The notes under the pieces were generated by a model. The model worked only from the letters and a program-made list of their open reading frames with translations. It searched no databases and was not told the origin of the DNA. Below, piece after piece: positions 55,420 through 64,000 of a stretch of 64,000 nucleotides of DNA. Position 1 is the stretch's first letter; every line of letters starts with the position of its first letter. The position numbers and the translations under genes are program-made. The DNA comes from Vulcanimicrobiota bacterium (GTDB lineage Bacteria; Vulcanimicrobiota; Vulcanimicrobiia; Vulcanimicrobiales; Vulcanimicrobiaceae), in the NCBI GenBank assembly GCA_963723515.1, contig CAVRQT010000002.1, forward strand, positions 384,001-448,000, written 5' to 3'.

Positions 55420-56060
55420 AAATTCTCGCAGTTGACGGAGCGTTCGGCGCGTTCGCATGCGCAATCAGCATCGATGGCAAAGTCGTCGCGCATGAACGCG
55501 TGGAAGGCGGCGCGACGCTCGAGCGCGGACTCGAAGCTGTGCACCGCGCGCTGAGTGATGCGGGTGCCGGCGGCTGCGACCTCGCGCGCATTGCGGTTTG
55601 CACGGGCCCCGGAAGTTTCACCGGCTTACGCATCGCGATCAGTTTCGCGAAATCGCTCGCGCAAGGGTGGCGCAAACCGCTCGTCGGCGTCAATGCATTT
55701 GACGTGCTCGAGCTCGGCGTAAGCGCCATGCCGCGAGTCGCGATTGTCTGCGCACGCGAAGGGATCATTTCGACGCGCTTGACCGTATCGGATGGGCAAT
55801 TGCGGCAATCGGGAGCGACGCCGTCGGTTTGCAGATGGATTTCCGAGTGTTCGCCGGACGACAAATTGACCGCGATCGGTGCGCCGAAGGACGTGCTCGC
55901 TGCGCTTGGCGAACGCGGCAAGCTCGTGCAGAACTTGCAGCCTCCTTCGCCCGCGCTCGCAGTCGCGCAGCTTGCGCGAACGCGCGATCCCGCACGCAGC
56001 ATCCATGAAGTGCGGCCCGACTACGGCGAGATACCGCCGGTGCGTCCTGCGGCCGAATGA
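55416..56060 (+). CDS. tsaB: tRNA t6A biosynthesis protein TsaB
   Basis: MKILAVD, GPGSFTGLRI, PDY. Confidence 0.9.
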   Translation: MKILAVDGAFGAFACAISIDGKVVAHERVEGGATLERGLEAVHRALSDAGAGGCDLARIAVCTGPGSFTGLRIAISFAKSLAQGWRKPLVGVNAFDVLELGVSAMPRVAIVCAREGIISTRLTVSDGQLRQSGATPSVCRWISECSPDDKLTAIGAPKDVLAALGERGKLVQNLQPPSPALAVAQLARTRDPARSIHEVRPDYGEIPPVRPAAE

Positions 56061-56596
56061 AACTCGACCTCGCTCCCCGTCCTGCGCAGCCGCCTGAACG
56101 GCTCGAGATCGAGAAAATGGTTCTCGAAGATATTTCGGACGTGATGCGGATTGAGACGCTTTGCTTCCCCACGACGTGGCCGCAGAATGCGTTTTACAAT
56201 GAGGTCGAAGAGAACAAATTAGCGCACTATTTTGTCGGCCGTCTCGGCGATCGAATCGTCGCCTATGGCGGGGTCTGGGTGATTCTCGAAGATTCGCACA
56301 TCACGACGATCGCGGTTCATCCCGAATTTCGTGGACGCAAGTACGGCGAGCAGTTGTTCTTGCGTCTCCTCGACGAAGCGATCGAGCGCGGCGCATCTTG
56401 GATCACGCTTGAAGTGCGCGAATCGAACACCGTCGCGCAAAGCCTCTATCGCAAGTACGGCTTCACCGTGGTGTCGAGTCGCCACGGATACTATAGCGAC
56501 AATCGAGAAAACGCACTTGTGATGTGGGCCGGCAACGTCAAAGGACCGCTCTATCTCAACCGATTGCGCGCGTTGCGCACGGCCGCCCCGCAATGA
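56057..56596 (+). CDS. rimI: Ribosomal protein S18 alanine N-acetyltransferase
   Basis: HITTIAVHP..RGRKYG, LEVRESN..AQSLYRKYGF, YY..NRENALVM. Confidence 0.9.
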   Translation: MKLDLAPRPAQPPERLEIEKMVLEDISDVMRIETLCFPTTWPQNAFYNEVEENKLAHYFVGRLGDRIVAYGGVWVILEDSHITTIAVHPEFRGRKYGEQLFLRLLDEAIERGASWITLEVRESNTVAQSLYRKYGFTVVSSRHGYYSDNRENALVMWAGNVKGPLYLNRLRALRTAAPQ

Positions 56597-57408
56597 TCGG
56601 AACACCGCTCGTTTTGGCCGTCGCCGCGACGGTCAGCTCACCTCAGCCCAAAGAGCCCTTCGCGTACAACCGGTTGCGACTGGGCGAGTCGGTTACGACG
56701 ATGATCGCCGATGAGGGGCCGCCCAGCGTGCTTTCAACCGATGTCGGACACGTCTGGACTTGGGAGAAGGGCGGCGATCGCATCCGGTTGACCACGGATG
56801 ACGACGGCGTTGTGCGCATGATCGATATCTCGCCCGCACCGAACAACCACCTGGCTTTGAAACTGCCGGCGATTCCCGCGCGAACCGTTCGTTTCGGCAT
56901 GCTGACATCGGATGTCGCCGATGCGCAACTCGGTAAGGCAGCCGGTTTCAAAGGCTTAGGCAATTTTCCCGATAGCAGCAATCGCGCGGATTTTCGGGCG
57001 TATGCGCTGAGCCCGACTCAGTGGGCGGTGCTGCTCTTCGACGACGGGACGAAACGGTTAGCCGAGCTATTTTACGGTGATCGCAGTTTTTTGGCGCGCA
57101 GCGGCTTGCTGCCGGGCGCGCCGGAGAGCACTGCACCGCACTACAGCGCGCCGGTCTTACAGCATGAAGGGAACGCGGACTATCCGCCCACGATCAAGGA
57201 AGGCGATGCGTTTTTGCGCGTCTCCGTGGATAAGGACGGCACCGTTTCACATGCGGAGATCTTCGTAACCAGCGGCGATCCGCAACTCGATCGCGCAGCT
57301 GTCGTATCAGCAAAACACGATGTCTTTACGCCCGCGAACCTTGAGGGCTCCCCCATCGACGCAATCGTTTTCGTGCGAGAAGAATTTCGCCAATTACCGA
57401 CACACTGA
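56593..57408 (+). CDS. Exported protein with TonB C-terminal domain
   Basis: YP..EG..VSVDKDGTV..SGDPQLDRAA..FTPA..G.P. Confidence 0.7.
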   Translation: MIGTPLVLAVAATVSSPQPKEPFAYNRLRLGESVTTMIADEGPPSVLSTDVGHVWTWEKGGDRIRLTTDDDGVVRMIDISPAPNNHLALKLPAIPARTVRFGMLTSDVADAQLGKAAGFKGLGNFPDSSNRADFRAYALSPTQWAVLLFDDGTKRLAELFYGDRSFLARSGLLPGAPESTAPHYSAPVLQHEGNADYPPTIKEGDAFLRVSVDKDGTVSHAEIFVTSGDPQLDRAAVVSAKHDVFTPANLEGSPIDAIVFVREEFRQLPTH

Positions 57409-58004
57409 GCTTTGCTGAGCTGAGCCGCCGCGTTCGGCAGCATCTGAGCCAAGAGCATCGTTACGCGCACAGCGTGCGCGTGGCGCGATTTGCTGAAAAA
57501 CTCGCGTACCGGCACGGCGAATCGCCACGCCGTGCGCGGCTCGCCGGGATGTTGCACGATCTGGCCCGACTCTATCCGCCAGAACGGCTGCTCGCCGAAT
57601 GCGAGCAACGCGGCATGACGATCGATGCGCACGAACGTGAACATCCCACCGTCTTGCATGCGCGGCTTGGCGCCGAATTGGCCAAATCAATGTTCGGCGT
57701 TGAGGACGCGGCGGTGCTTTCAGCAATTCGCAAGCACACGGTCGGGGACGCCGCGATGTCGCGGCTAGACTGCATCCTCTACGTTGCCGATACCGCCGAA
57801 CCAGGACGCACATTTGCCGAGCGTGCATCCCTGGCATCCCTCGCGATGCGGGACTTGACCGAAGCGACACGTGTCGCGCTCTCGCTTTCGATGGAACATT
57901 TTCGAGAAAAAGGGCTCGAACCGGCACCCCAAACACTTGCGGCGCTGCGCGCTTTGCGCGTCACCGATTCTACGACGGACGCACTCTCTGGCCGATCTGC
58001 TTGA
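57405..58004 (+). CDS. yqeK: HD-domain Ap4A hydrolase YqeK (probable CTG start)
   Basis: RYAHSVRVA, GMLHDLAR, LHA..GA, AIRKHT, LYVADTAEPGR. Confidence 0.88.
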   Translation: MSFAELSRRVRQHLSQEHRYAHSVRVARFAEKLAYRHGESPRRARLAGMLHDLARLYPPERLLAECEQRGMTIDAHEREHPTVLHARLGAELAKSMFGVEDAAVLSAIRKHTVGDAAMSRLDCILYVADTAEPGRTFAERASLASLAMRDLTEATRVALSLSMEHFREKGLEPAPQTLAALRALRVTDSTTDALSGRSA

Positions 58005-58326
58005 AACGGTGCGCCAAGCGGCGCTCGATAAGAAGGCCGAGGACGTTCAGACGATCGATTTGATCGGTAAGAGCATTCTCGCCGACACGTTCGTGATTGC
58101 GACGGGTCGCTCCAAGATCCAGACGCGCTCGATCGCCGACGCTATTGCGTTGGCGCTGCGAGAGCGAGGCTTTGGTGCAACTCGAATCGAGGGATATGCC
58201 GACGGCGGATGGATTCTGCTCGATGCGGGCAGCGTGATCGTGCATGTCTTTACACCGGAGGAGCGACGCTTCTACAACCTCGAGCGGCTGTGGGGCACTC
58301 CGGCACAGCGGATTGCGCAAGGCTGA
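57988..58326 (+). CDS. rsfS: Ribosome silencing factor RsfS; start CTG 57988 or GTG 58009
   Basis: DKKAED, D.FVIATG, WILLDAG..IVHVF..E.R.FYNLERLW. Confidence 0.92.
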   Translation: MADLLETVRQAALDKKAEDVQTIDLIGKSILADTFVIATGRSKIQTRSIADAIALALRERGFGATRIEGYADGGWILLDAGSVIVHVFTPEERRFYNLERLWGTPAQRIAQG

Positions 58327-58478
58327 TGAGCAAGAGGCGCAAGACGATGTACCAGCCGCGTTCGGCACGGATGCGGCGACAAGCACTGCTCAAAGCCGGC
58401 GTTTGGGTGTTTTTGGTGCTCTTCATCTTCAGCATCGTCGGCATCGCGCTGGTCGTCGTGCAGAGCACGAGCCGCTAG
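58326..58478 (+). CDS. 50-aa basic single-TM microprotein
   Basis: TGATG coupling to rsfS; MSKRRKTMYQPRSARMRRQ + hydrophobic helix. Confidence 0.6.
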   Translation: MSKRRKTMYQPRSARMRRQALLKAGVWVFLVLFIFSIVGIALVVVQSTSR

Positions 58479-58512
58479 AAACCTTGTGCTGCCTCGGGGG
58501 TACTATAACACC

Positions 58513-59503
58513 ATGAAATACTTCGGCACGTTTCTCATCACGATCGCGACTTTGGCAATCTTAGCGGTCCCCGCGCTTGCACGCAGCAGTTTCGTGCTCG
58601 ACGGCGCCGGCATGTTCAGCGCGTCAACCGTTTCCGATTTAAATACGCGGTTAACGAACTTCAACGCGCAGACGCATAAAGAAGTCTTGGTCGAAACGGT
58701 ACCCTCGTTAAACGGGTCGGCATTGACCGATGCCGCGCAGCGTGAATTCGCGCAGCAGCAAGTCAATGGCATCCTGATCTTCATCGCCAAGGATGACCGT
58801 CGGGACATCATTGTCCCGGATCGCGCCGGAGTGCAGGCAGGCTGGTTCGATGCGGAAACGCTGCGCTCGATCCGGCAAAGCATGGAATCCCAATTTAAAG
58901 ACGGCGACTTCGATGGCGGAATCACGACGGCGGTTAGCGGCGTGCTCGGGATCTACCGTTCGCATATGAGTTCCCTCAGCGGCGCGAATGGCGCCGCTTT
59001 GCCCGCGACGCGCTCGTACAACGGGAACACCTCAGCGGCTCCGGCGTTTCGTTTGAACGGCTTTTGGCTGGTGATCATTTTGATCGCCGCGTTCTTGGTG
59101 CTGCGCTCGATCATGCGCGCGATGTCCGCGCCGCGTTACGTCGGCACGCCGGGCAAACCCGGTGCTCCCGCCGCGCCTGGCGCGGCGCCCGGATACGGTC
59201 CCGGCTACTACGGCGGCGGAGGCGGCGGTTTTTGGAGCGGTTTGCTTGGCGGCCTCGGCGGCGCGTGGCTTGGTAACGAGATGTTCCGCGGCGGCGGAGG
59301 CGGCGCGCGGCGGCGGCGCAAGCGCCGGAGGCTGGGGCAGTGGAGATGCCGGCGGTGGCGGCGGAGGCGATGCCGGCGGGTGGTCTTCGGACGCGGGTCA
59401 AGCCGACGTCGGCGGCTCCAGCGGCGGTGATTGGAGCGGCGGCGGCTTCGGTGGCGGCGACGGCGGAGGCGGCGGAGGCGGTGATTCGGGCGGCGGCTGG
59501 TAG
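58513..59503 (+). CDS. TPM-domain membrane protein with Gly-rich tail, frameshift near 59305
   Basis: VLDGAGMFS, GILIFIAKDDR, FKDGDFDGGI, TM, ends GGDSGGGW*. Confidence 0.85.
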
Positions 59504-59536
59504 TTAATAGCAGCCGTTAATCGAAAAGCGGCGAGA

Positions 59537-62500
59537 ATGCGCAGATTGCTCGCCGTTTTTCTTTTTGCGGCTTTTCAGCTTGCGACGTCGCCATCGATTG
59601 CGTTCGCCGCAACTGTGCAAACCTCGATGTATTCGGGTTTGCATTGGCGCCTCGTGGGGCCGTTTCGCGGCGGCCGCGTACTCGCCGTAACCGGAGTTGC
59701 CGGGAACCCGGCGGTCTTTTATTTTGGTGCGGTCGGCGGCGGCGTTTGGAAGACGACGGACGCGGGACGGACGTGGACGCCGATTTTCGATTCACAGCCG
59801 GTCGCGTCAATTGGTGCGATCGCCGTGGCGCCTTCACAACCAAACGTCATCTACGTCGGCTCAGGTGAGGCCGACATGCGATCCGACATCATTCACGGCA
59901 ACGGCATGTATCGCTCCGACGATGGCGGCATGACATGGTCGCACATCGGCTTGTCCGATACGCGGCAGATCGGACGCATCGCCGTCGACACTCACGATCC
60001 AAATCGTGTCTTCGTGGCAGCACTCGGTCATGCGTATGCACCAAACGCCGAACGCGGCGTCTTTCGTTCGCTGGACGGCGGCCGGACATGGAGCAAAGTA
60101 CTCTACCAGAATCCGGACACCGGCGCAATCGACATCGCGATTGATCCCACAAATAGCAACGTCATTTATGCGTCACTCTGGCAAACGCGGCGACCGCCCT
60201 GGAACATCTATCCGCCCTCGAACGGACCGGCGAGCGGACTCTTCAAGAGCACCGACGGTGGAACCACGTGGCAACAGCTGCGTGAGGGTCTTCCGCAAAC
60301 CGGTGTCGGCCATATCGGGATTTCAATCGCGCGCAGCGATTCGCGCCGCGTCTATGCAATCGTCGACGCTTTACACGGCGGAGTCTACCGTTCCGACGAT
60401 CGCGGCGCGCATTGGTCGCTCGTCGACGGTGAACAGCGCATCTGGAAACGCGGCTGGTATTTTTCCAAAGTCACTGCGGATCCGCACGACCGCGACACAG
60501 TGTACGTCTCAAATACATCGCTCTACCGTTCAACCGACGCCGGCCACAGCTTCACCGCCATTAAAGGCGCGCCTGGAGGCGACGATTATCACATGCTGTG
60601 GATCGATCCAACCGATTCGAACCGGATGATCCTCGGGAGCGATCAAGGCGCGATCGTATCGCTCAACGGGGCAAAGACGTGGAGCTCCTGGTATAACCAA
60701 CCGACCGGCCAGTTTTACCATGTCGCGACGGACCACCGATTCCCGTATTGGATTTACGGTGCGCAGCAAGATAGCGGCGCGCTCGCGACGCCGTCACGCA
60801 GCAACCACCGGCAGATTTCGTTTCGAGATTGGCAACCGATAGCGGCGGGCGGTGAAAGTGGCTACATCGCGATCGATCCCCATGATTCACGAATGGTCTA
60901 CGGGGGAACGGTCGACAAGTTCGACTGGGTGACCGGACAAGATCAAGACCTCTCGCCCGAGCTTGCGTATCCGAACGTCTACCGTCACACGTGGACATTG
61001 CCCGTAACCTTTTCTCCGCGCTCACGCGCGCTGTACTACAGCACGCAGGTGCTCTTTCGGAGCGCCGACCGAGGTCACAGTTGGCGAATCATCAGTCCGG
61101 ATTTGAGCCGGCCGAATGGCGGCACGCCTTCGACGCTCGACGCAACGACTGCGCGAGACAAGCATGGCGGAAACCGGCAAGGAGTTATTTACTCCGTTGC
61201 GCCGTCGCCGCTGCGCAATGGTTTGATCTGGGCCGGTACCGACGACGGCCTCATTTGGATCACGCGCAATGAAGGCCGCGCGTGGCGCAATGTTACGCCG
61301 CCGGGGTTATCCGCGTGGAGCAAGGTCGGAAACATCGATGCCTCGGCGCACGATGCAGCGTCGGCATATGCATCGGTCGATCGTCACCGCCTCGACGATG
61401 ACCGGCCGTACATCTATCGGACGCACAACGGCGGCGCGTCGTGGACGCTGATCACGAGCGGCATTCCCGACGGCAGTTTCGTCAACGTCGTCAGGGAAGA
61501 TCCAGTACAGCGCGGCTTGCTCTTTGCCGGCACGGAAACCGGGGTCTTCGTTTCGTTCGACGACGGCGCAAATTGGTCGCCGTTGCAAACAGAGTTGCCT
61601 GTCGTATCGGTCCGCGATCTTGCAATTACGCAAGGCGACCTCGTTGCAGCCACGCATGGGCGCGGTTTTTACGTGCTCGATACGATCGCGCCGCTGCGGC
61701 AACTCGCCGCGCATCCGATCGTTGGGCCGCGGCTGTTTTCACCGGCAACGGCCATTCGCGTGCGCGGCGGCGACGATCAAGGAACGCCTCTGCCGCTTGA
61801 TTCACCGACCGCGGAAAACCCGCCGGCCGGCGCTGCGATCGACTACTACCTCACGAATAGTGCACGGACGCCGTTGACGTTGCAAATCATCGACGCTGCG
61901 GGACGCGTCGTGCGCCGATTTTCAAGCGCCGATCACCCCAAAGCGATCGATCCGAAATCGCTGGACATTCCAGCGATTTGGCGTCACGCACAGCCGGTTC
62001 CATCCGCGGAGCCGGGAATGCACCGCTTCATTTGGGACTTTCGGTACGCGCCATCGGAGGCAACCTCTGAAGGTCTCCTGGCGCCGCCTGGACGCTATCG
62101 GGTGCTGATGTTGGTCGACGGCACGCCTCAAGAGCGATCGTTTCTCGTGCGCAAAGATCCGCGCGTTAACGCGAGCAACGCAGACCTTCTCGCGCAGTTC
62201 GCCTTTGCGCGAGAAGCTGAGCGGCTGCAAATGCAAGCCTCGGCTGCCTATCATGACGCAGACGTCGCACGAAAGGGCATCAAGGATGCAAACGTTCTGG
62301 CCGGCCTCAACTCTGTTGCCGGCTCGCCTCCCCCATCAAGCCCCGATGATTCCGTCGGCGCTCCGGAAACGAACTTGCATTCATTGCACTATCTCTCCGA
62401 GGCGCTCGGACACGTGAAGGATGCCGCCGAAAGCGCGGACGCCGCACCGACTGCCCATATGCGTCTTGCGCTGCGCGTTTATTCCGCCCGATTACGGCAG

Positions 62501-62551
62501 GCGCTGCAGCAGTGGAACGCGCTCCAAGCGCAAGTGCGCGCTTCACATTAG
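59537..62551 (+). CDS. Secreted VPS10/BNR (Asp-box) repeat glycosyl hydrolase-like protein
   Basis: WRLVGPFRGGR, many S.D.G.TW Asp-boxes, ATHGRG. Confidence 0.88.
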   Translation: MRRLLAVFLFAAFQLATSPSIAFAATVQTSMYSGLHWRLVGPFRGGRVLAVTGVAGNPAVFYFGAVGGGVWKTTDAGRTWTPIFDSQPVASIGAIAVAPSQPNVIYVGSGEADMRSDIIHGNGMYRSDDGGMTWSHIGLSDTRQIGRIAVDTHDPNRVFVAALGHAYAPNAERGVFRSLDGGRTWSKVLYQNPDTGAIDIAIDPTNSNVIYASLWQTRRPPWNIYPPSNGPASGLFKSTDGGTTWQQLREGLPQTGVGHIGISIARSDSRRVYAIVDALHGGVYRSDDRGAHWSLVDGEQRIWKRGWYFSKVTADPHDRDTVYVSNTSLYRSTDAGHSFTAIKGAPGGDDYHMLWIDPTDSNRMILGSDQGAIVSLNGAKTWSSWYNQPTGQFYHVATDHRFPYWIYGAQQDSGALATPSRSNHRQISFRDWQPIAAGGESGYIAIDPHDSRMVYGGTVDKFDWVTGQDQDLSPELAYPNVYRHTWTLPVTFSPRSRALYYSTQVLFRSADRGHSWRIISPDLSRPNGGTPSTLDATTARDKHGGNRQGVIYSVAPSPLRNGLIWAGTDDGLIWITRNEGRAWRNVTPPGLSAWSKVGNIDASAHDAASAYASVDRHRLDDDRPYIYRTHNGGASWTLITSGIPDGSFVNVVREDPVQRGLLFAGTETGVFVSFDDGANWSPLQTELPVVSVRDLAITQGDLVAATHGRGFYVLDTIAPLRQLAAHPIVGPRLFSPATAIRVRGGDDQGTPLPLDSPTAENPPAGAAIDYYLTNSARTPLTLQIIDAAGRVVRRFSSADHPKAIDPKSLDIPAIWRHAQPVPSAEPGMHRFIWDFRYAPSEATSEGLLAPPGRYRVLMLVDGTPQERSFLVRKDPRVNASNADLLAQFAFAREAERLQMQASAAYHDADVARKGIKDANVLAGLNSVAGSPPPSSPDDSVGAPETNLHSLHYLSEALGHVKDAAESADAAPTAHMRLALRVYSARLRQALQQWNALQAQVRASH

Positions 62552-62555
62552 CGGC

Positions 62556-64000
62556 TTAGATTCCGGCGGCGGCGTCGTAGAAGCGGCTTAAGTCTCCCTT
62601 CAGCTTCGCAAGCGCTTGCGTGTGCAAATAGACCATGTGACCGGACTCGTAGTAGCCGTAAGTGATATGGCTTTGCAGCGCGGGCGGCAGACTCAGATGC
62701 GAGAGCGTGTACTCCGTGCCGAAAAATGGCGTCGCAAAATCGTAGTAGCCGTTGGCTGAGAAAACGCGTAGATGGGGATTCTTCGTCATCGCCTCTTGCA
62801 GATCGTCAGCGACGTTCGTCGCCGTTGGACGGCTGCGCTCTCCACGATTCCAATTCCAGCCGCGATTGACGACGTCGTAGTGCGTCGGATAATAATGCTC
62901 GTCGGATCGGTAATGCAGTGCGTTTCGTATATAGTCATTGAACGCGCCGACAAACGCGCCGCTGACCGCGACGTCCGAGGGATCGTAATCCGGCGAATCG
63001 CCCATCACATCGAGATCGTAGCCCAAGAAGCGTGCATCGAGACGGCCGAGCGTCTGTTCCGAACCGCGCAGCAACTCTTTTTCAAAGCGCTCGGGCGGAA
63101 TACGAAGCTTCGATTCGCGGATATATGTCTCGGGCAGGCCGGTGTAGCGATGCAGCGCCGCGACGATCGCATTCTGCTCGCTCGCTGAAAGAGCATCGCC
63201 GCGCATCAGCGCGTCAGCGTACTGACCGCCCGCGAAGCGACGCACTTCGGCCAAGAACCCAGCAAGATCACCTGGGCGCTGCGGAAGCCGGTCGTGATAC
63301 CACGCCGCCGCGGCTTGCGTCGGCAAAAACGAAATGTACGGCAAGTCGTTGCCGCTCTGTGGAATCAGCGTCGCGAAGTTGAGCACCGTCGAAAGCAGCA
63401 CGACTCCGTTGAACGCCATGCCGCGGTTCTGCAAGTAGTTGACGAGATTCGCGGAGCGAGTCGTGCCGTAACTCTCGCCGAAGAGAAACTTCGGCGAATT
63501 CCAACGCCCGTTTCGCGTCACGTATCGCTCGATGAATTGGCCGAACGCGGCGACGTCTTCATCGACGCCCCAGAACATCTTTCCGCTGCCTTTGCCGGCG
63601 ACGCGACTGAAGCCGGTGCCGACCGCATCAACGAACACAAGATCCGTCTTGTCGAGCATGCTGTAAGGATTATCGCGTAAGCCGAACGGTGCGGCAGCCG
63701 CGGCTTGAGCATCCGGCGTTACGACCCGTTTGGGACCGATCGAGCCCATGTGCAGCCAGATCGTCGATGAACCGGGGCCACCGTTATAGCAGAACGTGAC
63801 CGGACGGCGATCCGTCGGTGCGCCATCCTTTGTATAAGCGACGTAAAAGACACTGGCGATCGGCTCACGACGCTCACCGCGCAGCAAAATCGTTCCTGCG
63901 GTTGCGGTATACGGGATCGTCTGTCCGTTCAGGACGATCGCATGGTGTGTTGTGACGGCGCGTTCAGGCGGCACGGGTGCGGAACGCGGCGCTGCAAGCG
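62556..64000 (-). CDS. Serine carboxypeptidase, peptidase S10; 5' end beyond the window
   Basis: NGGPGSS, DAVGTGFS, GESYG, GYYDFATP, ESGHMVY. Confidence 0.9.
   Translation of the reverse strand, partial: LAAPRSAPVPPERAVTTHHAIVLNGQTIPYTATAGTILLRGERREPIASVFYVAYTKDGAPTDRRPVTFCYNGGPGSSTIWLHMGSIGPKRVVTPDAQAAAAAPFGLRDNPYSMLDKTDLVFVDAVGTGFSRVAGKGSGKMFWGVDEDVAAFGQFIERYVTRNGRWNSPKFLFGESYGTTRSANLVNYLQNRGMAFNGVVLLSTVLNFATLIPQSGNDLPYISFLPTQAAAAWYHDRLPQRPGDLAGFLAEVRRFAGGQYADALMRGDALSASEQNAIVAALHRYTGLPETYIRESKLRIPPERFEKELLRGSEQTLGRLDARFLGYDLDVMGDSPDYDPSDVAVSGAFVGAFNDYIRNALHYRSDEHYYPTHYDVVNRGWNWNRGERSRPTATNVADDLQEAMTKNPHLRVFSANGYYDFATPFFGTEYTLSHLSLPPALQSHITYGYYESGHMVYLHTQALAKLKGDLSRFYDAAAGI

Noticed and set aside
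59210..59503. GGC-rich repeats
   Set aside because: Ordinary Gly-rich tail of a TPM-domain protein.

Overview
GC-rich bacterial chromosome segment. The gene content (FecR and NHL secreted proteins, cyclase-NTPase-TPR protein, phosphoesterase lipoprotein) is reminiscent of Candidatus Eremiobacterota/Vulcanimicrobiota, but this is an inference only. Many genes, including the essential gyrA, carry single-base frameshifts that are most likely long-read indel errors. The left third holds a GH20 hexosaminidase with two transporters, an ECF sigma/anti-sigma pair, infA, a PadR locus, secreted proteins, a cyclase-STAND gene with a truncated duplicate, tRNA-Sec, a FecR protein with a long Pro-Thr linker and a DoxX/YgiD/HxlR module. 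The right third is housekeeping: a transsulfuration enzyme, typA, clpB, selB, selA, trxA, gyrA, tsaE-tsaB-rimI, yqeK-rsfS, TPM, VPS10-type hydrolase and S10 peptidase. The most notable region is about 23.0-41.4 kb, a cell-envelope glycan locus. It contains a short DltB-like MBOAT, a stand-alone DltX-like microprotein ending in FIYTDF, three secreted NHL-propeller/SGNH-like fusion paralogues (one catalytically degenerate), three GT4s, two GT-C-type membrane transferases, a methyltransferase and a phosphoesterase. I propose this is a glycan-acylation system with an unusual architecture. Several housekeeping genes appear to need CTG starts.
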